This document shows, in pieces, positions 39,066-52,423 of a stretch of 64,000 nucleotides of DNA (within the stretch, counting starts at the first letter, position 1; every line of letters starts with the position of its first letter). The notes under the pieces were generated by a model. It was not told the origin of the DNA, did no database searches, and saw only the letters and a list, made by a program, of their open reading frames with translations. This DNA is from Malacoraja senta (taxonomy: Eukaryota). The stretch spans positions 22,384,001 through 22,448,000 of the forward strand of contig CM075987.1 of assembly GCA_038087875.1 (NCBI GenBank), read 5' to 3'. The position numbers and the translations under genes are program-made.

Positions 39066-40860
39066 AGTTTAGTTTAGTTTAGAGATACAGCGTGGGAACA
39101 GGCCCTTCGACCCACCGGATCTGTGCCGACCAGTGACCCCCGCATATTATCACTATCCTACACACATTGGAGGGTAGCAAACGTAACCCCACTTTTTAAG
39201 AAGGGAGGGAGAGAGAAAACGGGGAATTACAGACCAGTTAGTCTAACATCGGTAGTGGGGAAACTGCTAGAGTCAGTTATTAAAGATGGGATAGCAGCAC
39301 ATTTGGAAAGTGGTGAAATCATTGGACAAAGTCAGCATGGATTTACGAAAGGTAAATCGTGTCTGACGAATCTTATAGAATTTTTCGAGGATGTAACTAG
39401 TAGAGTGGATAGGGGAGAACCAGTGGATGTGTTGTATCTGGACTTTCAGAAGGCTTTCGACAAGGTACCACATAAGAGATTAGGATACAAACTTAAATCA
39501 CACGGTATTGGGGGTTCAGTATTGATGTGGATAGAGAACTGGCTGGCAAACAGGAAGCAAAGAGTAGGAGTAAACGGGTCCTTTTCACAATGGCAGGCAG
39601 TGACTAGTGGGGTACCGCAAGGCTCAGTGCTGGGACCCCAGCTATTTACAATTTATATTAATGATCTGGACGAGGGAATTGAAAGCAACATCTCCAAGTT
39701 TGCGGATGACACTAAGCTGGGGGGCAGTGTTAGCTGTGAGGAGGATGCTAGGAGACTGCAAGGTGACTTGGATAGGCTGGGTGAGTGGGCAAATGTTTGG
39801 CAGATGCAGTATAATGTGGATAAATGTGAGGTTATCCACTTTGGTAGCAAAAACGGGAAGGCAGACTATTATCTAAATGGTGGCCGATTAGGAAATGGGG
39901 AGATGCAGCGAGACCTGGGTGTCATGGTACACCAGTCATTGAAAGTAGGCATGCAGGTGCAGCAGGCAGTGAAGAAAGCGAACGGTATGTTGGCCTTCAT
40001 AGCAAGAGGATTTGAGTATAGGAGCAGCGAGGTTCTACTGCAGTTGTACAGGGTCTTGGTGAGACCACACCTGGAGTATTGCGTACAGTTTTGGTCTCCA
40101 AATCTGAGGAAGGACATTATAGCCATAGAGGGAGTGCAGAGAAGGTTCACCAGACTGATTCCTGGGATGTCAGGACTTTCATATGAAGAAAGACTGGATA
40201 GACTTGGCTTATACTCGCTAGAATTTAGGAGATTGAGAGGGGATCTTATAGAAACGTACAAGATTCTTATGGGGTTGGACAGGCTAGATGCAGGAAGATT
40301 GTTCCCGATGTTGGGGAAGTCCAGGACAAGGGGTCACAGCTTAAGGATAAGGGGGAAATCCTTTAGGACCGAGATGAGGAAAAACTTTTTCACACAGAGA
40401 GTGGTGAATCTCTGGAACTCTCTGCCACAGAGGGTAGTTGAGGCCAGTTCATTGGCTATATTTAAGAAGGAATTAGATGTGGCCCTTGTGGCTAAAGGGA
40501 TCAGGGGGTATGGAGAGAAGGCAGGTACGGGATACTGAGTTGGATGATCAGCCATGATCGTATTGAATGGTGGTGCAGGCTCGAAGGGCCGAATGGCCTA
40601 CTCCTGCACCTATTTTCTATGTATCTATGTATCTATGTATTAGGGACAGTTTTTTTTTACATTTACCAAGCTAGCTTACCTACATACCTGTACATCTTTG
40701 GAGTGTGGGAGGAAACTGAAGATCTCGAAGAAAACCCACGCAGGTCACGGGGAGAACGTACCAACTCCGTACGGTCAGCACCCGTAGTCGGGATCGAACC
40801 TGGGTCTCCGGCGCTACAAGCGCTGTAAGGCGGCAACTCTACCTCTGTGTCACCGTACCG
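39066..40860 (-). mobile_element. HE1-type SINE split by a CR1 insertion (pieces 39066-39166 and 40641-40860)
   Basis: CACTATCCTACACACA|...|TAGGGACA is contiguous in other copies (e.g. ~29635-29657). Confidence 0.85.
39168..40640 (+). mobile_element. Young 5'-truncated CR1 LINE; 456 open codons of ORF2 including the RT domain, no endonuclease
   Basis: WRVANVTPLFKKG..NYRPVSLTS..YLDFQKAFDKV..GVPQGSVLGP..KFADDT..; stop at 40538; (TCTATGTA)n tail. Confidence 0.97.
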
Positions 40861-40999
40861 CTCAGAGCAAGACCAACACACAGATGTGAAATAACTGGGG
40901 AATTCATTTGTTTTTGCTGATGTTGGGTGAAGATAATGTAGGCAAGGGTACTGGGAAGAAGCATCCATACTCACCTCCTCCTCACAACCCTCTCTGGTC

Positions 41000-41190
41000 C
41001 TTGAAAATAGTTATACATCCACCTACACAGGCAGAGGGACCCTCAGTTTAACCTCTGATGCAACAGATGACCTCTCGACTGTGCAGCACTCCCTCGGTGT
41101 TGGGAGTCGGACAGGATCACGTGCTCAAGGGACTTGAATGCAGAACCTTTTTGAGTGTGAGGCGGAGTGGCTCGCCCCCATTGAGCTGGA
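41000..41190 (-). mobile_element. Ancient DeuSINE/SacSINE-like relic
   Basis: Minus strand reads GAGGGAGTGCTGCACAGTCGAGAGG...GTTAAACTGAGG, resembling the Deu-domain as I recall it; weaker relics near 14320-14520, 10815-10870 and 63580-63632. Confidence 0.5.
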
Positions 41191-43224
41191 GTTGACATCC
41201 GACTAATGCTTCCTAACCTGCTGACAGTCATCACCATGTCCATACAAGAGCAGCTATTCCTGGCTCCACTGACGTTCTCTGCTTTAACCTTCCATTCACT
41301 CAGTTGCCCCATAATACCAACCACTTCGACCTTGTGTTCTAATATCGGTGGCTCGGTGCCAGATTTTGTTTCACAATACTCTTTTTGCATCTCCATGGGA
41401 TGTTTTATTACATTAAAATGCAAATTGTTGCTGTTTTGTCAGGTGTTAGAGTGACCAGTCAGTATCTACTGAACCAACCTCCAGCGGAAGTTATCATTTT
41501 TGAGAAGTCCGTGGGAGCATGGCGTGAAAATAGTCATGAAACCAGCACTTTATGGGTTAACATTCTTCGTAAACCCGGGCAGCAGAGAGGGTTTTTAAAA
41601 AATTCTGTTCCCACAGCTTGAAACCTACTCTTTCACCTTTGCTCCTTGGATCCCGGGAACTGGCAGAAAATACCAGAGGCTGAGAACAAGGAAAAGAGGC
41701 CCTAAACCTCATTCCAGACAGTGTCTAGACAGCCTGCAATTACTGCCAGCACGAAACAGTCAAGCACAACTATTTGAAGTGAAGGGAAACTCAACAAGAA
41801 TTAAGGAGCAGTGCTGGCCCACTCAGGAACTTCGAAGCCAGTTCATTTTTCTTTCTTACTCCCCCTCCCTCTCTCACCACCGTTCATTCAGCTGTATATT
41901 AAAACTCTAGCTCCACATTAAATCATCGTAAGTGGTTTATTTCACAGAGCTATGCACTTAGGTTTTTTTTTAAACTTTGCTTCTCCTTTTGATGTGCTTT
42001 GGTTCAATTCACTCTCCCTCCATGGAATCCCAATGGTCAAATTCCTTCCTATTCACTTCCATGCCTCGGAATCCCAATGGATCTAATATCTTCCCATTTG
42101 CTCCCATGGTATGAAATCCCAACCGCCCATACCTCTTCCTATTCCCTCTTGTTGCATGGACACCTAGTAACAATCCGCAGCAATTTGATTGTAAATTCCA
42201 TGGGATCTACCCCGTGACTGGAATATTTCTCAATGGCTTGGAATGGAGGCTCAGCGTAAAGCAGTCTAACTGGAGCCACATCTCAGCTGGAGGCAGCTGC
42301 AAACTCAAACTGTGTTTGCTCGATGCTCTTCGTGGTTTGATGTGGTTGAGTTGCTGATTCAATGATCCATTGGGGCTAGGGGAATATATGGCTGCACATT
42401 TCTGGTAGTCTTTTTAAATGTTTGATCCAACCAAAACATATTTGGAGCAAATGTACTCTTTCAAATTCAGCGATAGTTCAAACACAATTGAGATAAATCG
42501 GAGCAGATTCCTCACTTTGCCTTCTTTCTCTGTTGAGCCGTCCCTCTCTTTTCTAATTGCACTTGGTTTTGCTGGGGGTGCAGTTCCACGCAACCCCACA
42601 GTCCTCTTGTAGCACGGCCAAGAATGTGGGAGACTGATAATGACTTACCAGCTGCAGGCTACTTGGTCACAGAAACTTCACAACCAAAGTCATCTTCACT
42701 GAACTAGTCCCTTAATCAGGCCAGAGATCTAGACCAAAGACATATCTAATATCCACCTCCCTAATCCAGAAATGCTAAGGCATGCTGCTGCTCCTGGCCT
42801 AGATCGGTGAATGTGCTATCTTATCCTGTGAGGGCTCCAATATCACTGAACCAATGTACAGACACAAGGTTATCAAGAAATGAGCACTTAATTATCCCAA
42901 AGGGATGTGCCTTCCCAGGAGATCAAACACTATTAAACTATCCAAACTTCTTTCCATTTGAATACAATTTCACGATAAATTTCTTTAACTAATTTCCCAC
43001 TTGATATCATTTTGTCTAATTCATTCTACACCTTTATTCTTTCTTTCTCAGCGGCCTTTCATCCTCTGTTTTTAGTTCAATTTTCTTTATTCCTCTCTAG
43101 GGTTGTGTTCTTTACCATAATCCCTTCTTTGGGTTATTCCTCCCTTACCATTTCAACATATTTGTGCATGTCATGCAATGCATCTGCCTCCCGACTTGGA
43201 CTCACGAGAAGTATTTCTTTATTC

Positions 43225-43572
43225 CTGCTAGATGCAGGAAAAATGTTCCCAATGTTGGGCGAGTCCAGAACCAGGGGGCCACAGTCTTAGAATAAAGGGG
43301 AGGTCATTTAAAACTGAGGTGAGAAAAAACGTTTCACCCAGAGAGTTGTGAATTTATGGAATTCCATGCCACAGAGGGCAGTGGAGGCCAAGTCACTGGA
43401 TGGATTTAAGAGAGAGTTAGATAGAGCTCTAGGGGCTAGTGGAGTCAAGGGATATGGGGAGAAGGCAGGCACGGGTTATTGATAGGGGACGATCAACCAT
43501 GATCACAATGAATGGCGGTGCTGACTCGAAGGGCCGAATGGCCTCCTCCTGCACCTATTTTCTATGTTTCTA
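43225..43572 (+). mobile_element. CR1 3' fragment
   Basis: LDAGKMFPMLGESRTRG..., 3' UTR and TTCTATG tail. Confidence 0.9.
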
Positions 43573-45982
43573 TTTCCCCATGTTATTCCTGGGCAGTCCT
43601 GTCGAGTCGAGGTCGACTTGCTTTCAGCCCAGCTTTGTGGGCTCTGAAGGGGCTGGTGAAGTCAATGTGAGATCAATCCATTCCGTCATGGCGTACTCCA
43701 TCCACTGTTTACAATGGTATTTCAATGCTCCCAATGATTAGACTGAAGGATCACATTGTCACCTGAATGCTTTGTCTCCATTTCTTTAGGTCCCAATAAG
43801 TAAATGGGGAGGTTTTACATTTTTTTCAAGGAAGCATTGACAAACACCGTTGAACTGTTTCCTCTGTCCAGTTGGTAACTTCTTGCTGCTGATGGTGTTC
43901 GGACTGGAGTGTTTGTTTCAAGGGGTATAGTGTCAAGCATGCAAACAATCTTACCTGCCCATTGGTGCTGGCTATATTTGGTTACAATCTCTTTTCTAAC
44001 AATGTTGGCCTGCGAGAGAATGCCACTAATGTCTCCTCATCTGCCCTTTGGATTCAGAGAGCTTTGCAGATAGAGATTTGGTAGGAGCTCTCCATGGCTT
44101 TGTGGTGCCTCTTTGGTAATCCACCTCAAATGAACTTTCCCATGTTCTCCACAGATGCTGCCTGACCTGCTGGGTTACTCCAGCACTTTGTATCTTTTTT
44201 TTGTAAACCAGCACCTGCAGTTCCTTATTTCCGCATCACACTGAGGAGCCGCAGCCTGACGTCAACATGGTGATGACACTTTAGCTTGCAAATTCCGAAA
44301 TCATACAGCAGAGAAACAGGCCCTGAAGCCAACTAAATCCACACCAACCATTGACAACCCATTTACAGTAACCCTACATTAATCCCATTTTTTATTCTTC
44401 CCACGTTCTCCCATTCTCATTAATTCCTTCCCCCCCATCCCCACCTTTCTACCTCCAGGGGCAATTTACAGTGGCCAGTGGAACTACCATGTTTTTGGAA
44501 TGTGGGGGAAATCCATGCTGTCACAGGGAGAGCATGCAAGCTCCACAAAAACAGCACTCAATGTTAGTTGGGTCTCTTGTAGGTGAGGCCGCTGCACCCC
44601 AGTGCCGTTCCCTCTACCCAATCCCTACAGATCTACCGCAGCAGGAATCTCTGCAGAGAGGCGAGATGAGACCGGACATCTAGTGGGCCATGAGGGGCAG
44701 GACTGCTCCTTCCCACTGGGGTGCCTCCTGGGCTTGCGTCAGCCATGGAAGGACTTCTCCTTCCCAGTACCACCATTCTCACCAACATCCTTCTTGGGGT
44801 TAAAACTCTTCCCTTGTGTTCTCCAAATGCCCTATTTTCTCACTTTCCTGTTGGTCAGTCTTATTGCCATTACTCTTGGGACAGCAGATAGAGTTGAAAT
44901 TTTTTAACTTTAGAGTTAAAATGGCCCTGGCACTTACACTAAAATCTTGTTTCCGTCTTTCACCTCAAAATGTAGCCTCAGTTAAAATCATGTCCATTGT
45001 TCCTTTTTCACTCATTTTCTTGCTGGGCAGCGGAGACGACTCGAAGTCTGCGAGACAAGCCCCTCAACACTCACCTGGCAATGTGCCTCTTGAACAATGG
45101 GGAGCAATGTATTTTCTCATGTCTTTGTGACCAGAATTGGTTCAGGATGTGGTCTGAACAAATCCATATGTTGCAGGAGTCAGCCACGGCCTAACTTGTA
45201 GCCTGTTTTGGTCATGATGTAAACTGTTCATTCTAACGACACTACTGCACATTGATTAGATACAGAACCAGAAAATATTACCGAGGTATGGGGCAGTACT
45301 GAATCAACTTAAAGCCCATTGTTTATTTCAACCTGATCAAGATTGTTCAATTCTCTTTCTGTATGGAATGCTTTTCTGATGCATTAATTAAATCTCTTCT
45401 GGTAAATTACACACTAAGTCATTCTGTTCTATATAGCTTTCTTACTCTTTTATTTTCTCCCTATTCCATACACCCATTCCCTGTCAAACAGACTAGTGTG
45501 CGGGTTGTGTAGAGGCAGTTTATGAAAGAGCTTTTCCTTTGTCATTTCATTTTAGGAACTATAAATGATTTTACCTTCACTTTCTGTAATGTCGCCATCA
45601 ACACCTCCTCCACCACCAGCACTTTCAATGGTCGACGAGCAGTCTGACCCCCAACACCTGATGGCGCTGGAATGTGGCGACTCTGTGCTGTTCCTCGTTA
45701 TCTTCTCCTTCAACTCTCTGTCATCATGCTCTTGTTGCTGCTCTTTCTCGTTTTTACTCACTCTCTCTTCATTCTGTTCTCCCTCATTTTCTTTCTATTT
45801 CCATTCTTCTTTCTCTCTGCACTCTTCTTTATTTGTTGCTTCGCCTTTCTTTCGTCTCGTCTATCTCTGCTCCATTTTGTGGCTCTTTGCTCCACCCTGT
45901 CCCTCTTTTCCATTCACTGATAAATGTTCTAAATTTGGACCTGTGTGTACATGAATATCTCCATAAGTTCATAAATTCATGT

Positions 45983-46205
45983 CATAGGAGCAGAATTAGG
46001 CCATTTGGCCCATCAAGTCAACTCCGCCATTCAATCATGGCTGATCTATTTCTCCTGCCTAACCCTATTCTCCTGCCTTCTCCCCATAACCCCTGACCCC
46101 CATACTAATCAAAATAATCTGTCTATCTCTGCCTTCAAAATACCCATTGACGGCCTCCACAGCCTTCTGTGGCAATGAATCCCAGATTCACCGCCCTCTG
46201 ACTAA
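45983..46205 (-). mobile_element. CR1 3' fragment
   Basis: Reverse-complement match to the CR1 ORF2 end and 3' UTR. Confidence 0.75.
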
Positions 46206-47364
46206 AGAAGATGAATAGATGTACGTGTGTGAATGCATGTGCATGATCGTTTAAGTAGATAATGTATGTGTGTATTTGTGAATGTGTTTTAACAAATGTG
46301 GCATATGCATAACTCCCTGGCAACGTGTACATAATTTTACAAATGTATAAATGTGAGGAGGTGTATGTGAATTTGCCATTGTTTTGCTTGCAGATTGAAG
46401 ATTTTCTCGGGTACACTTTGAGGGCACTCTGACAATTCATGCGAGTGTGATCTTGGATGATCAGCTGGTTATTTCACTGAGCCCATCAGATTTATATATT
46501 TGTATATCTACCACCAGGAATCACTCACTGTGCAATCCTGGTGCAATTTTGTTCCAACCCCTCGATTACTCTCACGTCATTCTCCTTGTCCAGTTAGATC
46601 AGCTCAGTTGGGTAACTGAAGCCCAGGCGACCAGCTTTGCTTTTGTCTGAGTCACTGCAGGAGCCCAGCTCTGCGGCTCAAATTCGGAAACGGACTGAAA
46701 CGAGTCGGAGGTGAACATCTGACGATGTCAAATTGGAATCAAACAGAAGCAAGACAAATCCAATCTGCCCAATTACCACCTCTCCTTCTCCTCCCTTCTC
46801 AATCAAAGCAGCAGATGGCTTTGCCGACACTGCTACCAAATGGCATTTATTGCTAGAATCACACAAAATAAATTGTGGCGCACAGGGCCACTCTGCCCAT
46901 CAAGATTAGAATGGTTTCCTCTCCCTATTCACACTGTCCAGCTCCTACTCCATAATCTCACAGGTTTCTGCCACGACTTGTCAAGTACTTGTTAAACGTG
47001 TTTAGTGGTTTACTTCTCTTCCATCCTGTCTGGCAATGAGTTTCAGCTTTCTATCTCAACCCATCTGCAAACTTTCCACCCATCTTCTACGAATTATCAC
47101 CCACAGATGAATCAATCCTTATCTTGTCTCCTTTTCTCCAGAGATGCTGCCTGACCTGCTGAGTTACCCCAGCATTTTGTGTCTATCTTCAATCCTTATC
47201 TTCCACTCTTTCTAAGCCTATCAGCATCTTAGACCCTTCAATTTTCAAAAATATTCTCCAAGGGAGGCCAGTCTGGTAAGAAGCTCAGACTGTGACTTCT
47301 GTCACTGAGGGCAAAGATAGCAGGTGCATAGTAACGCCACCACCTACAGGTTCCTATCTCCATA

Positions 47365-47634
47365 AACATAGAAATTAGGTGTGGGCCATTTGGCCCTTTG
47401 AGCCAGCACTGCCATTCAATATGATCATGGCTGATCATCCAAAATCAGTACCCCGTTCCTGCTTTTTCCCCATATCCCTTGATTCTATTAGCCCTAAGAG
47501 CTACATCTAACTCTCTCTTCAAAACATCCAGTGAATTGGCCTCCACTGCCTTCTGTGGCAGAGAATTCCACAGATTCACAACTCTCTGGGTGAAAAAGGT
47601 TTTCCTCATCTCAGTCTTAAATGGCCTACCCCTC
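47365..47634 (-). mobile_element. CR1 3' fragment
   Basis: RGRPFKTEMRKTFFTQRVVNLWNSLPQKAVEA...GYGEKAGTGY*. Confidence 0.9.
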
Positions 47635-47992
47635 ACATTGTATTCTCACTATATTCTCACTACATTCTCACTATATTGCCGATGGGTTGAACTCCTGGCG
47701 TTCCCTCTCTGGCAGCACCGTGGAGTAGCTTCACCAGCAGGACAGCGGTAGCTGAAGAATGCAGCTCACCATCACCTTCTCGGGGGAAATCAGAGAAGAT
47801 CAGTTAATACTGGCCTTGCCAGTTACATCTGTGTCCTGGAGAAAAGGATAGACAAAAACCTTACATCACCCTTCAGCCTCATATTTCTCAGGAAGACAAA
47901 AACTCCAGCCTAAACCAGGATTTGAAGAAGTTAAATCTCCTCAAGGTATACCTACTTTGAAGACGTTCCCCTTCTCTCTCCGACGAGAGTTC

Positions 47993-48030
47993 TGGGTCTG
48001 AAGAAGGGTCTCGACCCGAAATGTCACCCA
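47993..48030 (+). ncRNA. Hammerhead ribozyme-like motif with a complete 5-bp stem I
   Basis: UGGGU / CUGAAGA / A / GGGUC-UC-GACCC / GAAA / UG / UC / ACCCA. Confidence 0.55.
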
Positions 48031-48525
48031 TTCCTTCTCTCCAGAGTTGCTGCCTGTCCCGCTGAGTTACTCCAGCATTTTGTGTCTATCTGCAGTTCCT
48101 TGCGTCTTGCTGCCTGACCTGCTGCATTACTCCAGCACTTTGTGTCTTTTTTTTGGTAAACCAGCATCTGCAGTTCGTTGTGTCTACAATACCAACACAG
48201 TTAATCTTTCCTCATGATTAAAATTCTCCAGCCCGGACAACATTCTCAGAAATCTCCTTTGTACCTTCTTTACTGCTGTCATAGCTTTCATATAATGTGG
48301 TGACCAGAAATGTACATGGTATTCTAGCTGTGGTCTAACGAGTGCTTTATTTAGCTGAGCATGTCCTCCCTGATCTTTGATTCTAAGCCACGGATAATAA
48401 AAGAATGGATCCCATATAACCTCATCACCAATTTATTTCCGTCCCAGTTTCAGAGATCTTTGGAACTGCACCCCTCTTTTCCTTTACATTCCTCATGATC
48501 ACTCCATCTATTCTGTATGCCAATG

Positions 48526-48812
48526 GGACAGCACGGATGCACAACGATAGTGTTGCTGCCTTACAGCGCCAGGAACCTGGGTTTGAACCTGACTACGGGT
48601 GCTGTCTGTACGGAGTTTGTACGTTCTTCCCGTGACCTGTGAGGATTTTCACTGAGAGCTTCAGTTTCCTCCCACACTCCAAAGGCGTACAGGTTAATTG
48701 GCTTGGTAAGATTATAAATTGTCCCGAGTGTTAATGTGCAGGATCGCTGGTCGGCGAGGACTCGATGGGCTGAAGGGCCTGTTTCTGTGCTATCCCTCTA
48801 AACTAAACTAAA
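48526..48812 (+). mobile_element. HE1-type SINE
   Basis: Family body and (AAACT)n tail. Confidence 0.82.
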
Positions 48813-49744
48813 CAACTTGCAGTTGTTCCCAAGAGCATGAGTTCAGTTTTCGCTGGGTTGAATTATATTGCCTTCTTTTCTGTCCACTGACCAGTCTAAA
48901 TGCAGCCAATAGCTTACTTTCTCACTGACAATTACATGGCCGACTCCATTATTATCTGCAAATTTCTTAATCATGGTTTGTACTTTTACGTCTAAATTAC
49001 TGGCATGCTCAGCAAATAAAGCAATGTAAAATACATGGAACCCCACTTCCAGCAACCATCCGGTCACACAAACAGCTGTTGACCCTTTGCTTCGTGCTTC
49101 TAACCACAAGGTCACTTTTGGATGAAAGTTTCCAATTGCCTTGGAAAGATTTATTTCACTTTTCTCAACAGCCTACCATGCAAGGCTTTGTCACGAGCCT
49201 TTCTAAAATCCCTCTAGACTGCAATCAGCATGTTACCCTCATCAATGTTATCTCCTCCAAAAAACACAGTTGTTATTGATGTTGCTGTATTTTGATTAAA
49301 TTCATGCATTCAGATCTTCAAGTCTCCACATCTAGAAACTCAGTGAAAGTGGAGCACACCACCTCTCAGACTAACTCCCCGCTCTTCCTGCTCCACCAGA
49401 GTCTGCAGATGGCCTCATCAACTGCCTTAGATCCCATAGAACTAGCATGAAAGCAAGTCACCCTGGACCCTGAGGGACCATCTAAGAAGAATCAGATCAC
49501 CTACCAATAGCCTCTCCAGTGATGCCCCATTTGGATTCTGCCAGCTCCAACTAATCAGCTCCACACAGTCCTTCCCCAAATATGGACAAGATAACTTCAG
49601 TGAGAATGATTGACCTGGACATCAAGGCAAATTCTGATCGAGCGTGCGTCAGTGAAACCAAAATCAGCAGGAATCAATGGGATTGGTTGTTGGAAATTAG
49701 TTATCTTAGGTCCAAGTCCTTGATCAGGGAACTCTCAGAGTAGA

Positions 49745-49926
49745 AAATGCTGGAGAAAGTCAGCGGGTGAGGCAGCATCTATGGAGCGAAGGAAATAGGC
49801 AACGTTTTGGGTCGAAACCCTTCCTCAGACCCATCTTCTGTCTGAAGAAGGGTTTCGACCCGAAATGTTGCCTATTTCCTTCGCTCCATAGATGCTGCCT
49901 CACCCGCTGACTTTCTCCAGCATTTC
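49745..49926. repeat. Near-perfect fold-back (~86-bp arms, 9-nt spacer) of Penelope-derived short elements
   Basis: 49745-49830 is the reverse complement of 49840-49926 with few mismatches. Confidence 0.9.
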
Positions 49927-50015
49927 TGTCTACTTTCGATTTTCCAGCATCTGCAGTTCCTTCTTAAGCAACTTAGAGTCAATCGTCTTCTGCTGATTCC
50001 TCAACCACAAGGGAG

Positions 50016-50314
50016 AGGGCAGTGCACCGTAGAGTCGCTGCCTCCCAGCTCCAGACACCCGGGTTCCATCCTGACTACAGGTGCTGTCTGTACCGAGCTT
50101 GTACATTCTTCCTGTGACCACGTGGGGTTTATCCAGGTGCTCCGCTTCCTCCCACACTCCAAAGGCGTAAAGGTTTAATTTAATTGGCATTTATAAAAAT
50201 TGTAAATTGTCCCTCGTGTGTGTAGGATAGTGTTAATATACGGGTTTGCTGGTCGGTGCGGACTCAGTGGGCCGAAGGGCCTGTCTCCGTGCTGTATATC
50301 TAAACAAAACTAAA
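50016..50314 (+). mobile_element. HE1-type SINE
   Basis: Family body and tail. Confidence 0.82.
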
Positions 50315-52119
50315 TGAAACACAATGTCAGATGTGAAAATACTTTCTGGTGACCGCACCATATTCAAGTCATGTCACAACTGTTCAGATCATGATAAAGT
50401 CTCTGCTGGAAAACTACAAGTCCCAGGCACATTCAGCACAGCCACTTAATGGCAAGTTGGGTTCAATTCTGATCTCTGGTGCTGTCTGTGCGGTGTTTAC
50501 ACGTTCTCCCTGTGACCACATGAGTTTCTCCTGGTACTCCCATTTCCTGCCACATCCCAAGGACATGTTGCTTGTTAGTTTAATTGGCTACTGGTAAAGG
50601 GAGCAGCAACAGGATGGAGGGGGTGCTGATAGGCATGTGTGTGAGAAAAGCGTGGCTGTAGGAAAGTATGTGTGGGAACGGAACTGGTGCAAAGGCTCTC
50701 TGAAAACTGGCACTGGACTCAGTGGGCTGAACAAACAACTGAGAGAAAATAACAATCATGTCACACAATCCCAGGCAATGATCACCTCCAACGAGAGAGA
50801 GGTGAACCATTTCTCCTTCACATTCAGTGGCAAAATCATTGCCAAGTGTCCTAACCACCAACACGCCGGAGGGGAGACACAAAGTGCTGGAGTAACTCAC
50901 TTGGTCAGGCAGCATCTTTGGAGAACATGGATAGGCAACACTTCGAGTCTGTAAAGAGGTCCCGACCCAAAACGTCGCCTGACCATGTTCTCCAGAGATC
51001 TTTTTTCGTAAACAAGGATCTGCAGTTACTAGAGTCTACATCTTGTATGGAAACTTGACCATTGACTTGAAATTTACCAGATACTTCAATCCTGCGCTTG
51101 CAAGCTAGATCAGAGGATGGTTATCGGATGAAAGGTGGTCTCCTGAGACCATGTACGGAGCCCAAATTACGTGGATGACAGAATGTGCTTGACTCTATCC
51201 CTGGGAAAGCACTTTCTCCGCCACCCTAAACACTCATTGATTTCACCACCACAAGACTGCGACTACAAGACGGAATGCAAGAAATTGCCATGCCATCAGT
51301 TGCCAAACCAACCATATGGACCAACAGCAACAAGTTCATGGGAACACCACTATTTGTACGTTCCCATCTTGATCACACACGACCGTAACGTGTAAGTAAA
51401 TCGCTGATCCTTTATCATCATTTGGTTTAAATACCAGAACCCCCACATACGGGCACTGTGGGGTAAGGTAACTTTCCAACGACTGCTCCAAGATATGCAT
51501 TAACCCCCAGCCTTGCTAATGATGCCACATTGCATGAACAAATTCAACAAAATTAACGTCTTAAAATCTATTTTTTGCTCCCGTCCTTGCTATTCCCTTT
51601 TTTTTTCTCCACAGCTTCATTTTTTTTTTTTGTTGGCTTAAAACCCAGTAACAAAAATAACTGAAATTTCTGTGAAACAGCCATCCCTGCTTCACTGCTC
51701 CAGGCTTCCTTTCGCAAGCCGCACAGCAGACTCTGGGGAATTCAAGCCTTCACTCTCGCTCCTCCAATGTTCCCAGCTCACAGGAGCATTTATTCCATAG
51801 CTTCACCCATCTCTCCTACCAAAACCTATCTCCTTGACCATTGCAGCATCTGTTAAATAAGCAGCCTCCTTTTCTGAAAAAACACCATTTCACAGAGGCT
51901 GGTGCTTTTAACCCTCTCCCCTCCGCAACAGTGCTGCCCACTTACATTTATATAGTAACTTAGTAAAGTATCCCGTGGCACTTCCCAACTGCATTATCAA
52001 ACACAGATTGGACAATTGGATCACATATCAATATCCTCATAAATGGAATAGGTTGAAGCTGCTCTAATGGAGGAAGGAGAGCAGATTCAGAGAGAGTTTG
52101 AGGGTTAATTCAAGAACAT

Positions 52120-52423
52120 GGCAGCACAGTGGCACAGAGGTAGAGTTGATGCCTTACAGCGCCAATGACCCAGGTTCAATCCTGACTACATGTGCTGTCT
52201 GTATGGAGTTTGTACGTCTGCTCGGTTTTCTCCGGGAGCTCCGGTTTCCTCCAAAGACTCACACTCCAAAGACGAACAGGTTTGTAGGTTAAATGACTTG
52301 GTAAAATTGTAAATTGTCTCTAGTGTGTGTAGGATAGTGGTAGTGTGCGGTGATCGCTGGTCGGCGCGGACTCGGTGGGCTGAAGGGCCTGTTTCCGCCC
52401 TGTATCTCTAAATTAAACTAAAC
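52120..52423 (+). mobile_element. HE1-type SINE
   Basis: A-box, B-box and (AAACT)n tail. Confidence 0.85.

Noticed and set aside
39123..40538. 471-aa ORF as a host gene
   Set aside because: Truncated CR1 ORF2 with a SINE-derived pseudo-start.
45552..45920. Glu/Lys-rich minus-strand frame ending at AAG|GTAAAA
   Set aside because: Purine-rich low complexity, two in-frame TAG upstream and no acceptor.
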